DNA of 64,000 bases from a virus (taxonomy: Duplodnaviria; Caudoviricetes), in IMG/VR virus record IMGVR_UViG_3300005805_000071, positions 1-64,000 of that record. The stretch is one strand, 5' to 3'. Below the pieces are notes generated by a model. It was given only the letters and a program-made list of their open reading frames with translations, did no database searches and was not told the DNA's origin. The position numbers and the translations under genes were made by a program. Shown here piece after piece: positions 51,856 through 60,386 of this stretch; the stretch's first letter is position 1, and the number at the start of each line of letters is the position of its first letter.

Positions 51856-52056
51856 CTAGTGCCATCTTTCTACATAGTCATCAAACCCACCTTTACCTCC
51901 ACAGGGACGAGAAAAACGGTCAGATGGGGGTTCGTTCGTCTTCTTTTTTGCTTTTTCTAGGTAATAATCCGCTTTTCTATCAGTAATTAAACAAATAGTA
52001 CCAAAATCATGCTCCATCATGTCAATATTTCTGTCTGGATTGGGGTGAATTGCCAT
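51856..52056 (-). CDS. Small hypothetical protein
   Basis: 66-aa ORF (MAIHPNPDRN...GGFDDYVERWH) with a GGAG SD. Confidence 0.7.
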   Translation of the reverse strand: MAIHPNPDRNIDMMEHDFGTICLITDRKADYYLEKAKKKTNEPPSDRFSRPCGGKGGFDDYVERWH

Positions 52057-52123
52057 CTGTTTTCTCCAAAATAGGGTAAACAGAACTTTTTACGGGGTTG
52101 CTATCCCGAAAAATGACAAAAAA

Positions 52124-52145
52124 GGGATTGAAATACTCCAATCCC
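52124..52145 (-). terminator. Rho-independent terminator
   Basis: GGGATTG/CAATCCC stem followed on the minus strand by TTTTTT. Confidence 0.8.
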
Positions 52146-52156
52146 CTTAAAAAATA

Positions 52157-52303
52157 CTATTTTCCTTGTCCACGATAACGTTTTGTGCGACCATTACGAG
52201 AACTGGAACCAAGATGCGTATTCTGAGAACGACCTTGGCGAGTTTTTTTCGGTTTACCAGGGGTATAACCAGATTTATTCAGTCCTACTTTTGCTTTTGC
52301 CAT
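52157..52303 (-). CDS. Very basic 48-aa protein
   Basis: Not in the ORF track. MAKAKVGLNKSGYTPGKPKKTRQGRSQNTHLGSSSRNGRTKRYRGQGK. Confidence 0.75.
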   Translation of the reverse strand: MAKAKVGLNKSGYTPGKPKKTRQGRSQNTHLGSSSRNGRTKRYRGQGK

Positions 52304-52345
52304 AATTTCTTCGTCAGAGACTCCTGTATTGTACCATAAATGGTG

Positions 52346-52876
52346 TTATTTGCCAACTGTGACGTTGGGTGACCCCTGTGAGATCTTCGCTGTACAGGGC
52401 GGTCCTAGTGGATCTCCTACACATGCTACACGTCTTTTCTCAAAGTAAACTGTAGTTGCTGTCGATTTAACTACTCTTGTGTGTCCCTTTCCAAAATTGT
52501 CTTCTTTTGTCAATAAACTACAGAGGCAATCGACTATAATTGGTTTAGTACAAGCAGGTGGATCTCCAGTAAACCATAAATTAGTAACTTTATTAGTACA
52601 CGTTGAAATATGATTAGTTAAAATATCTCCATCAGCAAGAGGTATTGCACCATTAACTTTAATAGTTTTAATTGCTGTTGCAGGATTTAAATGTGTAGTT
52701 GGAGTTGGGGGCCAATAGCAAGTTGAAATCATCTTTGCTAAAGGTAAAATCTTACATGCTGTATTTGCAGGCGGACAAGGAGGCATTTGACATTTTGTTA
52801 TGTCATGCATGTTTGCAGCAACACAAACACCTTCACCGCTACAAGTTCCTGTATTTAATGCTACTAATCCTGGCAT
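52346..52876 (-). CDS. PAAR-like spike-tip protein (gp5.4-like), Cys-rich and extended
   Basis: VNGAIPLADGDIL and TVYFEKRRVACVGDPL...KISQGSPNVTVG are PAAR-type repeats; 12 Cys. Confidence 0.75.
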   Translation of the reverse strand: MPGLVALNTGTCSGEGVCVAANMHDITKCQMPPCPPANTACKILPLAKMISTCYWPPTPTTHLNPATAIKTIKVNGAIPLADGDILTNHISTCTNKVTNLWFTGDPPACTKPIIVDCLCSLLTKEDNFGKGHTRVVKSTATTVYFEKRRVACVGDPLGPPCTAKISQGSPNVTVGK

Positions 52877-55800
52877 TATATTTCTTCGTACTGATCGGGA
52901 TCACTTAATTGATTTGGTGCATTTGGATTGTGATTATCAACAGCACCTATAAAATTATTTATTGCACTTTCATTAATTACTTTCGAATCTTCATATCTTC
53001 TACCACACTTAAAATCATAAGGATTTCCATATTTATTGACAGCATCAACAAAAGTATCAGTCTCTAAACTCAAATCATGAAGTATTTCAAGATTTCCTGA
53101 AAACTCATAGTCCCTACAACCTTCGTAAATATATTGAGGACCATATTGTTCCTTAATATAATCAAGATTAAAACCAAGAAAACCATATGAAGATGAATAT
53201 GGGAGGGTATAACCAGTAGTACGAGGGATACCATATGGTTGCCCATCAGATTGCCCAGCATATAATACATTGGCATAATAGACTTGACACCATGCATCAG
53301 CAAGTTCAACATTGCTGGCACCATATTCATCAACTAAATCGTCGTATGCATTCATAACTGCACTGTCTTCATAGATACATGATTTACATGGACCTCTATC
53401 ATTATCATAATCAAATGGAACCTTTACCCCAATATTAACTCTCATAAAAGTGTTTTGCCTTGGATCTGGACAATATCCTTTGATTAAGTATATTTTTTTA
53501 CTTGTAGCACAAGGCAGATTATAAAAAGCATAACGAACTCTAGATTCCTTAGCACCATCATATATAATAGTTCTATTTTCATCTAAATCCATTTCCCACA
53601 TTTTATTAATATCTGCTTCGTATTGTGCATCAATCTGGTTTAATGCCTTTTCAAAAGTATTATTGGAACCTTTAGTGTAAGTTTTATAAAACTCCTTAAA
53701 TTGTTTCCCATAATAATTGCCATCATCCAAGTTTGATACTGATACTTTTATTGTTTTAGCTTGATCTATACTAGAATTGTTAAATGACGTTGGTGGAGCA
53801 TATTGTATTGAACTAGATTGTTGTTTAGTATTTTTTAAACTTCCAGTAATAGCAGAAGGAACCGAAGTCTTAACCTTAGAAAACTCCGCATCACTCAAAC
53901 CATTGTTTATAAGACTTAATTGCTTATTCGCGTTATCTTTTAAAGATTGTACATTTAATTGGGTTTGCTTATCGATACTTGCTTTTAAATTTTTATAATC
54001 CTTTGATGCCTTTGAACTTGATTTAGCCGAGTTTGATGGCGGCAAATAGAATTGGGCATTTTCCTTAGGAAATCCAGATTTGGGTTTAGTATATAATTGA
54101 GAATTTTTTTCCTTTAATAACTCTTTAATAGGACCCTTCAGATAGGTATTTGATTGTTCTGCGTGTACGGGAGCCTGTAGTTTTGAATACTCATTATAAT
54201 CGAATCCAGATTTATTTACCGTCTTAGTTTTACTTGTTCCTGCAATATATTTGCCAGAAAAAACTCCTTCGCTATTTGTAACAGGAACTTGATTTGATTT
54301 AGAATCGTTTGAACTGTCTATTGCCTGTTGATAAGAATAACTTTTAGTAGAAAGTTTTTTGAATGCTTCCGACTTATCAAATAATTCTTTATTTGCGGAT
54401 TCTGCGGTTGATATATTTGAAGATGGTTTTAATACATTTTTATATGATCTTGCAATATAGGGAACAGTTACGAATGGTGGGGTGGTTTCAGAATATCCTG
54501 AACCACCGTTAATGATTTTAATATCTGTTAAAACACCGCCAGTAAACACTGGTTCTGCCTTAGCTAATTTTGCAGACTTGCTTTTTGCTTTTTTAAATGC
54601 TGTATCTGGATCAACACCATCTTCAATATATTCCAAATATTTTTCTGTATTTACATATGGAGGTGGATATTGAATTGCAATTTTAATATCTTCTATATTA
54701 GTATCTTTTAAATTTTTTCCTGGACTTAAGATATTTACTTTAGATACCTTTCCATTTTTAATAACTGCCTGTAGCTTTGGTTTAACTACGTCCAAACCAT
54801 CAAAGGGAACTTCTGGATTAGGGATTGCTGTACTATACACAATCTCCTTTCTTTGAAATTCATATTTACCAATGATGATTGCTCTATCTGGTATTCCCCA
54901 TCCTGCTCTTACAAAGATATCAATTCCAGAAGAGGTATTGTAAACAGTATCTTTATCGAAGTCTGCAGTTCCATCAGTGATTTCAGCAATGTGCATGTTG
55001 AAATCTTCGTCGGTATGTTTTAATGATGTGATCGTCCATCCATTAACAGTATCACCTACCTGTAAATATTCCTGACCTTCACTAAATTCACCATCCTGAG
55101 TTGTTGACACCATAAGAGCAATACCAACTTTATTGGTAGCATCTGCAGATGGATAATACAAGTAATAGACATCTTGACCAGTATAGTTTACACCATCTCC
55201 AGGTTCATATCCACTTCCAGATCTAACAACTCTTAATATTTTCCAACGAGTCCAATAGCTACTACTATCATCGTCATAGTAAGACCTTAATTCCATCCTG
55301 ATAATAGTTCCCCCAGGAAGGGTATAGTCTCTCACTACAACGGTATTTCTAGATTCCCAAACACCATTTCCAGCTGGAGACATGTATGAGATTCCTCTAG
55401 ATCCATCCCAAGCAGCATAGAACCCTAAACTAGAAAGAGATTGCCCAACATCACCAGGACTCATATCATATGCTTCATTGATATGAAAAGTAATTGGTAT
55501 ACCAGGTCTTATATCACTACGTACTATGTTTGGAAATCTTACTTGCCCGATCTGACGATAACGAGTTGTATTTGTCTCCATTCTACCCCATAGTTCATAT
55601 GTGGTGTTTTCTTGTAATGAATTAGTATCATTACCTACAACAGAAACATTTTTAATTTTAAATTTAGAATCATCTCTGCTACCATCACCAACACCTTCAA
55701 ATGGTCTAAAGGTTGCTCTAAGTCTAGCAAGGACAGTTCCGCTACTATTTCTTACTTCTAATTCAGTATGATATCTATGACCAGAAGACCTGCTATCTAG

Positions 55801-56760
55801 GAAATTTTCATGCGGTCCAATCTCGGTGTATAGTTCTCCCTGTGATTGTCCAGCAACATTTAACATTAATTTCCAAGAACCAAGAGTATCACTACCAACA
55901 TCTTGCCCTTCTATACCATATGCTCTAACTTCAACATCAGCAGATACCTCTGCACCAGGATAAGAAAACGCAATACGATTGTTAGTTGTACCACAAGTCC
56001 AAATCAATGGATATGGATCATAATCACTCTCAGGAGTAATCTTACCGTCTTCTAAAGAGTAATTAATATAAGTTTGAATTGGATCACATGCACAATCATA
56101 AGGAACTTTTCTAATTCCAAAATAAGTAGAATATGAAGTGGTAGTACGAGTTGCACCAGGAACCCCAGCATTACCATCACCAGCTCCAGTTGTCCTAAGT
56201 GTATACATGTAAAAGCACATTACATGGCAAGGTTGTCCTACCACGCCATTTTCAGTCTTATACAAATAATAGAACCAACTATCAGAGCGAATTGGTTCAA
56301 AACTAATTTCTGTAGGATAGTGTTCCCAATATCTTTTCTTTACAGGAGGAGTTCTGGTGTTATAAGTTCCAAAGTTACCATAACTATAGAATTGTGGACA
56401 AATCTCATCATTATTTTCCCACCAATAACCTAGGGGAATACTCTTACAAATTCTTCCACCATAAGGATTACTATCAGATGATAACCCCCACTGTACTTCT
56501 TCTGTTACTTGATTATTCTCATCTGGATCGTTAGATGTGGATCCACCTAAAGGAGTGTGTACACCAGGTTGACCGCAATAGTCATCAAAATAATACATGA
56601 TACGATCACGCTCCCAAGTAGGTGCGTTAATCCTAGAAGTATCCCATTGAGGAAATACCTTTTTCTCAAATTGAACTCCACAAGGATTTGAACACGGTGG
56701 TCCACAAGTTCCGTCAGATGTAGGAGTATATTGATCGCAAGTCTCTTCGTTGCAAGGCAT
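52876..56760 (-). CDS. Large hypothetical virion protein, 1294 aa, Cys-rich at both ends
   Basis: Contains baseplate-type IINGGSGY..TPP repeats; coupled to the PAAR gene. Confidence 0.75.
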   Translation of the reverse strand: MPCNEETCDQYTPTSDGTCGPPCSNPCGVQFEKKVFPQWDTSRINAPTWERDRIMYYFDDYCGQPGVHTPLGGSTSNDPDENNQVTEEVQWGLSSDSNPYGGRICKSIPLGYWWENNDEICPQFYSYGNFGTYNTRTPPVKKRYWEHYPTEISFEPIRSDSWFYYLYKTENGVVGQPCHVMCFYMYTLRTTGAGDGNAGVPGATRTTTSYSTYFGIRKVPYDCACDPIQTYINYSLEDGKITPESDYDPYPLIWTCGTTNNRIAFSYPGAEVSADVEVRAYGIEGQDVGSDTLGSWKLMLNVAGQSQGELYTEIGPHENFLDSRSSGHRYHTELEVRNSSGTVLARLRATFRPFEGVGDGSRDDSKFKIKNVSVVGNDTNSLQENTTYELWGRMETNTTRYRQIGQVRFPNIVRSDIRPGIPITFHINEAYDMSPGDVGQSLSSLGFYAAWDGSRGISYMSPAGNGVWESRNTVVVRDYTLPGGTIIRMELRSYYDDDSSSYWTRWKILRVVRSGSGYEPGDGVNYTGQDVYYLYYPSADATNKVGIALMVSTTQDGEFSEGQEYLQVGDTVNGWTITSLKHTDEDFNMHIAEITDGTADFDKDTVYNTSSGIDIFVRAGWGIPDRAIIIGKYEFQRKEIVYSTAIPNPEVPFDGLDVVKPKLQAVIKNGKVSKVNILSPGKNLKDTNIEDIKIAIQYPPPYVNTEKYLEYIEDGVDPDTAFKKAKSKSAKLAKAEPVFTGGVLTDIKIINGGSGYSETTPPFVTVPYIARSYKNVLKPSSNISTAESANKELFDKSEAFKKLSTKSYSYQQAIDSSNDSKSNQVPVTNSEGVFSGKYIAGTSKTKTVNKSGFDYNEYSKLQAPVHAEQSNTYLKGPIKELLKEKNSQLYTKPKSGFPKENAQFYLPPSNSAKSSSKASKDYKNLKASIDKQTQLNVQSLKDNANKQLSLINNGLSDAEFSKVKTSVPSAITGSLKNTKQQSSSIQYAPPTSFNNSSIDQAKTIKVSVSNLDDGNYYGKQFKEFYKTYTKGSNNTFEKALNQIDAQYEADINKMWEMDLDENRTIIYDGAKESRVRYAFYNLPCATSKKIYLIKGYCPDPRQNTFMRVNIGVKVPFDYDNDRGPCKSCIYEDSAVMNAYDDLVDEYGASNVELADAWCQVYYANVLYAGQSDGQPYGIPRTTGYTLPYSSSYGFLGFNLDYIKEQYGPQYIYEGCRDYEFSGNLEILHDLSLETDTFVDAVNKYGNPYDFKCGRRYEDSKVINESAINNFIGAVDNHNPNAPNQLSDPDQYEEI

Positions 56761-56765
56761 CTAAC

Positions 56766-57050
56766 TTAGTTCTCCTCCGTAGTATTATTTAGACGCTGAT
56801 AGATGAGATCTAGGTTTTCCTTGAGAGTAAGATAATCTTCTTCTCCTTCAGGACGATAACGAATATTACCTGGATGAGTAACTTGAGTTGTTACATATTC
56901 CTCTAATTTGTTCAATCGATCAATTAATCCTTTACAGATTTCATTGATGACATTGTGAGCAATTTCATTATCTTTAGCAAGATACATCAGATCACCTTCC
57001 GATGCACTTTGAGATTTACGTACTAGTCTTGTTAATTCTGTTTCAAACAT
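56766..57050 (-). CDS. Hypothetical protein
   Basis: 94-aa ORF with normal phage codon usage. Confidence 0.7.
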   Translation of the reverse strand: MFETELTRLVRKSQSASEGDLMYLAKDNEIAHNVINEICKGLIDRLNKLEEYVTTQVTHPGNIRYRPEGEEDYLTLKENLDLIYQRLNNTTEEN

Positions 57051-57096
57051 CTTTCATAATACCTCTGAGTTTTACGCGCAGCGAACGCGCTACGCG

Positions 57097-57264
57097 CTAT
57101 TTTTCTTCCTTAAACATTCTAAAACCTAATCCGTCGTCCTCCAATTCGTATCTGAGGACATCACCTTCCATAAGTCCTAGCTCATCAACAATCTCCTGAG
57201 GGAACTCAAGAATGAGATCACCTTCAGGAGATTCCTGTAACTCGATTATAAATTTACGTGACAT
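57097..57264 (-). CDS. AbrB/MazE/SpoVT-like small DNA-binding protein, 55 aa
   Basis: Not in the ORF track. MSRKFIIELQESPEGDLILEFPQEIVDELGLMEGDVLRYELEDDGLGFRMFKEEK fits the recalled l.lP.ei...LGl..GD.l AbrB pattern. Confidence 0.7.
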   Translation of the reverse strand: MSRKFIIELQESPEGDLILEFPQEIVDELGLMEGDVLRYELEDDGLGFRMFKEEK

Positions 57265-57514
57265 ATTCCTTTACCCTTGAAAAATATCCATATAAGTTTG
57301 TGAGATTATTGGCGAAATCTTCTGCCTGCTTATATGTATCGAAAAACATAACTTCATCAACTAATATATCGATCAGATGTTCTTCGTTTGATACTCTCAA
57401 ATGTCCAGACTCTTCATTAACTTCATATAAAGGTCTGTACTTGGGCTCGATGTTTGGATTTGGGAGTGCGACCTCCACGTACCACTTAGTAATCTTCCAT
57501 TCCTCCTGAGGCAT
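57254..57514 (-). CDS. Hypothetical protein
   Basis: 86-aa ORF overlapping both neighbours. Confidence 0.65.
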   Translation of the reverse strand: MPQEEWKITKWYVEVALPNPNIEPKYRPLYEVNEESGHLRVSNEEHLIDILVDEVMFFDTYKQAEDFANNLTNLYGYFSRVKEYVT

Positions 57515-57827
57515 AATAATCCTTCCATTCCTTACTGTTCATAATCTTTAGCATCTTTTTGAGTTGATCGGGAATCTCTGACTCATCAATACCATCGGGA
57601 TTTAATCCAAGATTTTCTCTGATTTCTCGATAGTCCTCCTTCGTTATTAAGGTAGGAGTCTCATCGATATAATCAGTGATCAATCTCTTAAATGTTCCCA
57701 TGGCACCCGAGGGACTCGCACCTACCACAGTCACAAACTTCATTTCCTTCGATTCCCTCTCTTGATAACGAATAATATATTGATTATTATTCGCAAGATA
57801 AATTTGATCTTCTTCCATTTTTTTCAC
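57486..57827 (-). CDS. Hypothetical protein, first gene of the late module
   Basis: GTG start at 57827 or ATG at 57818; two CTAAATA motifs upstream. Confidence 0.65.
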   Translation of the reverse strand: MKKMEEDQIYLANNNQYIIRYQERESKEMKFVTVVGASPSGAMGTFKRLITDYIDETPTLITKEDYREIRENLGLNPDGIDESEIPDQLKKMLKIMNSKEWKDYYASGGMEDY

Positions 57828-57877
57828 CGCGAAAATTTTTTAATATAGGGACTCCGAGGGGGGACCCTTTCGAATAA

Positions 57878-57936
57878 TATTTAGATGCCTTCCGTAACAC
57901 TTTATAGCTTACAAGGACCCATTGTTTTATATTTAG
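57878..57936 (-). promoter_or_regulatory. Two T4-type late promoter motifs (CTAAATA at 57878-57884 and 57930-57936)
   Basis: Intergenic, oriented into the late module. Confidence 0.6.
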
Positions 57937-57989
57937 GGCCGCCCCCGACCCCGAAAACCCGCGCCACGACTGGGATCTGGGCGGAGTTC

Positions 57990-58030
57990 GTTATACTTAA
58001 GAGGGGCATTTGACTGCCCCTCAGTATAAC
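57990..58030 (-). terminator. Extended hairpin at the end of the early operon (probable terminator)
   Basis: GAGGGGCA/TGCCCCTC stem (58001-58022) flanked by GTTATACT/AGTATAAC, directly after the stop at 58031. U-tract is weak. Confidence 0.6.
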
Positions 58031-58201
58031 TCAGAACTCGATCTCTTGCAGGGTAGGAATACCCAGAGCGGTCTCAATAGCAGGCGACTCGATATAGTCG
58101 AAACTGCTCACATTGTCGCTGGCGATAACATCGAGAATGCTGAGAATCTCGTTGCCAGTGTTACCTTGACGAAGCATGGAGATGAGAACTTGCTTAGACA
58201 T
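58031..58201 (-). CDS. Small early hypothetical protein, 56 aa
   Basis: Not in the ORF track. MSKQVLISMLRQGNTGNEILSILDVIASDNVSSFDYIESPAIETALGIPTLQEIEF, with an A/C-rich leader. Confidence 0.75.
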   Translation of the reverse strand: MSKQVLISMLRQGNTGNEILSILDVIASDNVSSFDYIESPAIETALGIPTLQEIEF

Positions 58202-58263
58202 AGTTGGGTTGTTCGTTGTTAGTTAGTGTGTGTTGGTTAGTTTATAGTCATGCCCAGGACTAT

Positions 58264-58316
58264 CTGTGGAAAAAGTTAATTAGTTTTCCACAGGTTTGTT
58301 ATATTCTGTGGAAAAC
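58264..58316. repeat. Triple DnaA-box-like module 1 (TTTTCCACA x3)
   Basis: TGTGGAAAA 58265-73, TTTTCCACA 58284-92, TGTGGAAAA 58307-15. Confidence 0.85.
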
Positions 58317-58317
58317 T

Positions 58318-58635
58318 TCAGGCGATTCGCATACCTGAGAAGAAAGGAATTACACCGTAATCTTTAGACTGGAAGAACCATTGATAGTTCTTTTGGAAGA
58401 TACCTTCGTCGCCAACTCCATGCTCTTTGAGAATAGCATTGAGGCGAGACTTTGTGGTGTTAGATTGCCAACCACCATCGAAAAGTTCGATCCATGTTTC
58501 ACCAATTCGGGCGATCAGATTGCCGTGCAGATAGACATCGGAGACGTTGGAACATGCAACGACTTCAGTGTTATCGAGTTTCCAATCTTTACCTGCAGTG
58601 ATAGCAGCATTCATGAGACGTTCGATCTTACGCAT
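58318..58635 (-). CDS. Early hypothetical protein (MRKIERLMNAAI...)
   Basis: The ORF-track start at 58731 lies in the promoter; ATG 58635 is downstream of it. Confidence 0.75.
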   Translation of the reverse strand: MRKIERLMNAAITAGKDWKLDNTEVVACSNVSDVYLHGNLIARIGETWIELFDGGWQSNTTKSRLNAILKEHGVGDEGIFQKNYQWFFQSKDYGVIPFFSGMRIA

Positions 58636-58702
58636 GGGAGGCGATTTAAGAGGGGTTTGGTATGTCGGGGGTGGGGTTGTTTCCCTTCCCTCCGATGCAC
58701 TC

Positions 58703-58731
58703 AATATAGGCGATTCTGGGGGGCACGTCAA
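58703..58731 (-). promoter_or_regulatory. Sigma70-type early promoter
   Basis: TTGACG-17 bp-TATATT. Confidence 0.85.
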
Positions 58732-58789
58732 GCGTTTTCTGATCAGTGCTGCTTATCATTGAGATAAGGTGATTTTATGAGTCTGAGGG

Positions 58790-58818
58790 TTGCAATCTTC
58801 GAGAAAGTGTGATAGACT
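58790..58818 (+). promoter_or_regulatory. Divergent plus-strand sigma70-type promoter
   Basis: TTGCAA-17 bp-TAGACT with a TGn extended -10. Confidence 0.55.
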
Positions 58819-58911
58819 GCGGACTTAACTTGCATCTCTGAGTGACCTTTACTGTACGTTTCTTAAGAGTTAAACAGAACGCATACATATGTTTTTTTAG
58901 GTATTTTTAAA

Positions 58912-58964
58912 CTGTGGAAAAAGTGCCTTAATTTTCCACAGTTTTCCGCATACTTGTGGAAAAC
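58912..58964. repeat. Triple DnaA-box-like module 2
   Basis: TGTGGAAAA 58913-21, TTTTCCACA 58932-40, TTTTCCGCA 58942-50 (1 mismatch), TGTGGAAAA 58955-63. Confidence 0.85.
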
Positions 58965-59123
58965 TCAATTATACCTACCTTGTGATCTTTCGTAGAGTCG
59001 CTTATCCACATGATCGAGGTATTCATCAGGGGTGAGTATATCATCCCAGTCTAATGTATCCCTGTATTGTTGTTCATGAGAGAGTGCAATCGTACAGGGG
59101 TCAGTATAGGTGAAGTCGTTCAT
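58965..59123 (-). CDS. Small early hypothetical protein, 52 aa
   Basis: Not in the ORF track. MNDFTYTDPCTIALSHEQQYRDTLDWDDILTPDEYLDHVDKRLYERSQGRYN. Confidence 0.65.
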   Translation of the reverse strand: MNDFTYTDPCTIALSHEQQYRDTLDWDDILTPDEYLDHVDKRLYERSQGRYN

Positions 59124-59127
59124 TTTG

Positions 59128-59394
59128 TCAACCTTCAGTGATAACTTGCTCTAGGAGATTGTCTAGGACTTCTTCATCATACAGTTCTACGATTTCATCT
59201 TTGAGTTCATCTTGATCATACGATTTGAGATTTTCGATGATAGAATCAATGGCAAGTTGTACCAGAGTTTTCATATCCATATCGTCCACAATCATGTAGG
59301 CATAGGACTCTTTGAGTTGGTCGAATTGCTGTTCGGTCAGTGTCATTGGAGTGGGTTCAGATTTGAGGATTTCAGTGTAAAGATCTACGGTCAT
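59128..59394 (-). CDS. Small acidic early hypothetical protein
   Basis: 88-aa ORF in a tightly packed operon. Confidence 0.75.
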   Translation of the reverse strand: MTVDLYTEILKSEPTPMTLTEQQFDQLKESYAYMIVDDMDMKTLVQLAIDSIIENLKSYDQDELKDEIVELYDEEVLDNLLEQVITEG

Positions 59395-59397
59395 TTT

Positions 59398-59601
59398 TCA
59401 GTCGGCAGTGCTATTATACATCACATCTTTTTCGATCTCGTTGAGTGTTTGATCAGTCCACTTTTCCATCACGGGATTATCATTTTCATCGAACAGTTCG
59501 CTATACCAATAGTCAAAGACTTGCTGATTCAAGTTGATAAGTTCGTTGAGACCTTGGGCAATGGCATTGTTCATTTCAGTTTGCACGAGTAGGGTAGTCA
59601 T
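59398..59601 (-). CDS. Small acidic early hypothetical protein
   Basis: 67-aa ORF. Confidence 0.7.
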   Translation of the reverse strand: MTTLLVQTEMNNAIAQGLNELINLNQQVFDYWYSELFDENDNPVMEKWTDQTLNEIEKDVMYNSTAD

Positions 59602-59699
59602 TTGGTCGTTTTGTGTGTGGGTTTGTTGTTAAACAGTACAGGGCGGATTTGTACTGTTTGCTGGCGGATTGCGTTGGTTTGGCGTTGCTCTCGGGACAT
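59598..59699 (-). CDS. 33-aa ORF with a strong SD
   Basis: AAGGAGA SD; MSREQRQTNAIRQQTVQIRPVLFNNKPTHKTTK; ATGA overlap with the next ORF. Confidence 0.5.
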   Translation of the reverse strand: MSREQRQTNAIRQQTVQIRPVLFNNKPTHKTTK

Positions 59700-59852
59700 G
59701 TTATTCTCCTTGAATGATGTTAGCAACGGAATGAAGTGCGCTGCCCGTAGTATAACGTACAGAGGGCACAGTGATGAACAAAAGAATAAAGATCAGACCG
59801 AGAACTTTCATCTTATCAGGTGATTTGAAAGTGAGGGATTTACGGCGACTCA

Positions 59853-60068
59853 TTAACCACCACCGTACTCGTAAGAGATAACACCTGCTTCCCCTACAGA
59901 TACAGATTCGATAACAGTGAACTTGGCATGGTTATCAAACTCATGAGCATGATATTCACTGAACTCTTTGATAAACAATTCACGGCACTGTTCTTTAGAC
60001 TCTGCTGCGATAACTGCCATTCCAGAAGTCCAATCAGAGAGAACGTTGTTGAGGATGAAGAGTTTCAT
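59853..60068 (-). CDS. Small early hypothetical protein
   Basis: 71-aa ORF ending YGGG. Confidence 0.7.
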   Translation of the reverse strand: MKLFILNNVLSDWTSGMAVIAAESKEQCRELFIKEFSEYHAHEFDNHAKFTVIESVSVGEAGVISYEYGGG

Positions 60069-60096
60069 GATTTCAGGAATGAATGTGTTAGTTAAA

Positions 60097-60351
60097 TCAG
60101 AGATCTTGGAGCATTTCGTTCATCTCGATGCGGTTGATCTTACGATCATTCCATTTCACACCGTCAGGAGTTTCTTTCTGTCCAAACTCTTCATAGAGCA
60201 CGGTGACGAGATCATCGTAATCAGAAAAGTTGCGTGCCAGATCATACAAACCTTCATCATTTCCGATCCACAGTGCAACATTCCAGGTCTCGTAATTCGT
60301 CCAACCGTTATAGGTTTGGTCTGCAATGTTGGTTTGGTAGGTGACAGTCAT
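60097..60351 (-). CDS. Small early hypothetical protein (YNGWTNYETWNVALW family)
   Basis: The YNGWTNYETW motif is common in phage early proteins (recalled). Confidence 0.8.
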   Translation of the reverse strand: MTVTYQTNIADQTYNGWTNYETWNVALWIGNDEGLYDLARNFSDYDDLVTVLYEEFGQKETPDGVKWNDRKINRIEMNEMLQDL

Positions 60352-60386
60352 TTGAGTGATTTGTGTGTGGGTTAGTGTTAATGAAC

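Noticed and set aside
57936-57966. C-rich tract (G-rich on the minus strand) as a possible G-quadruplex
   Set aside because: Only three runs of 3 or more G; a similar tract occurs near 60715-60729. Insufficient support.
58264-58964. Repeats as a CRISPR-like array
   Set aside because: Units are 9-10 bp in mixed orientation with 10-13 bp spacers, and there are no cas genes.
59002-59010. Perfect TTATCCACA DnaA box
   Set aside because: Lies inside a coding sequence (V-D-K codons) and is not part of the conserved module geometry; may be chance.
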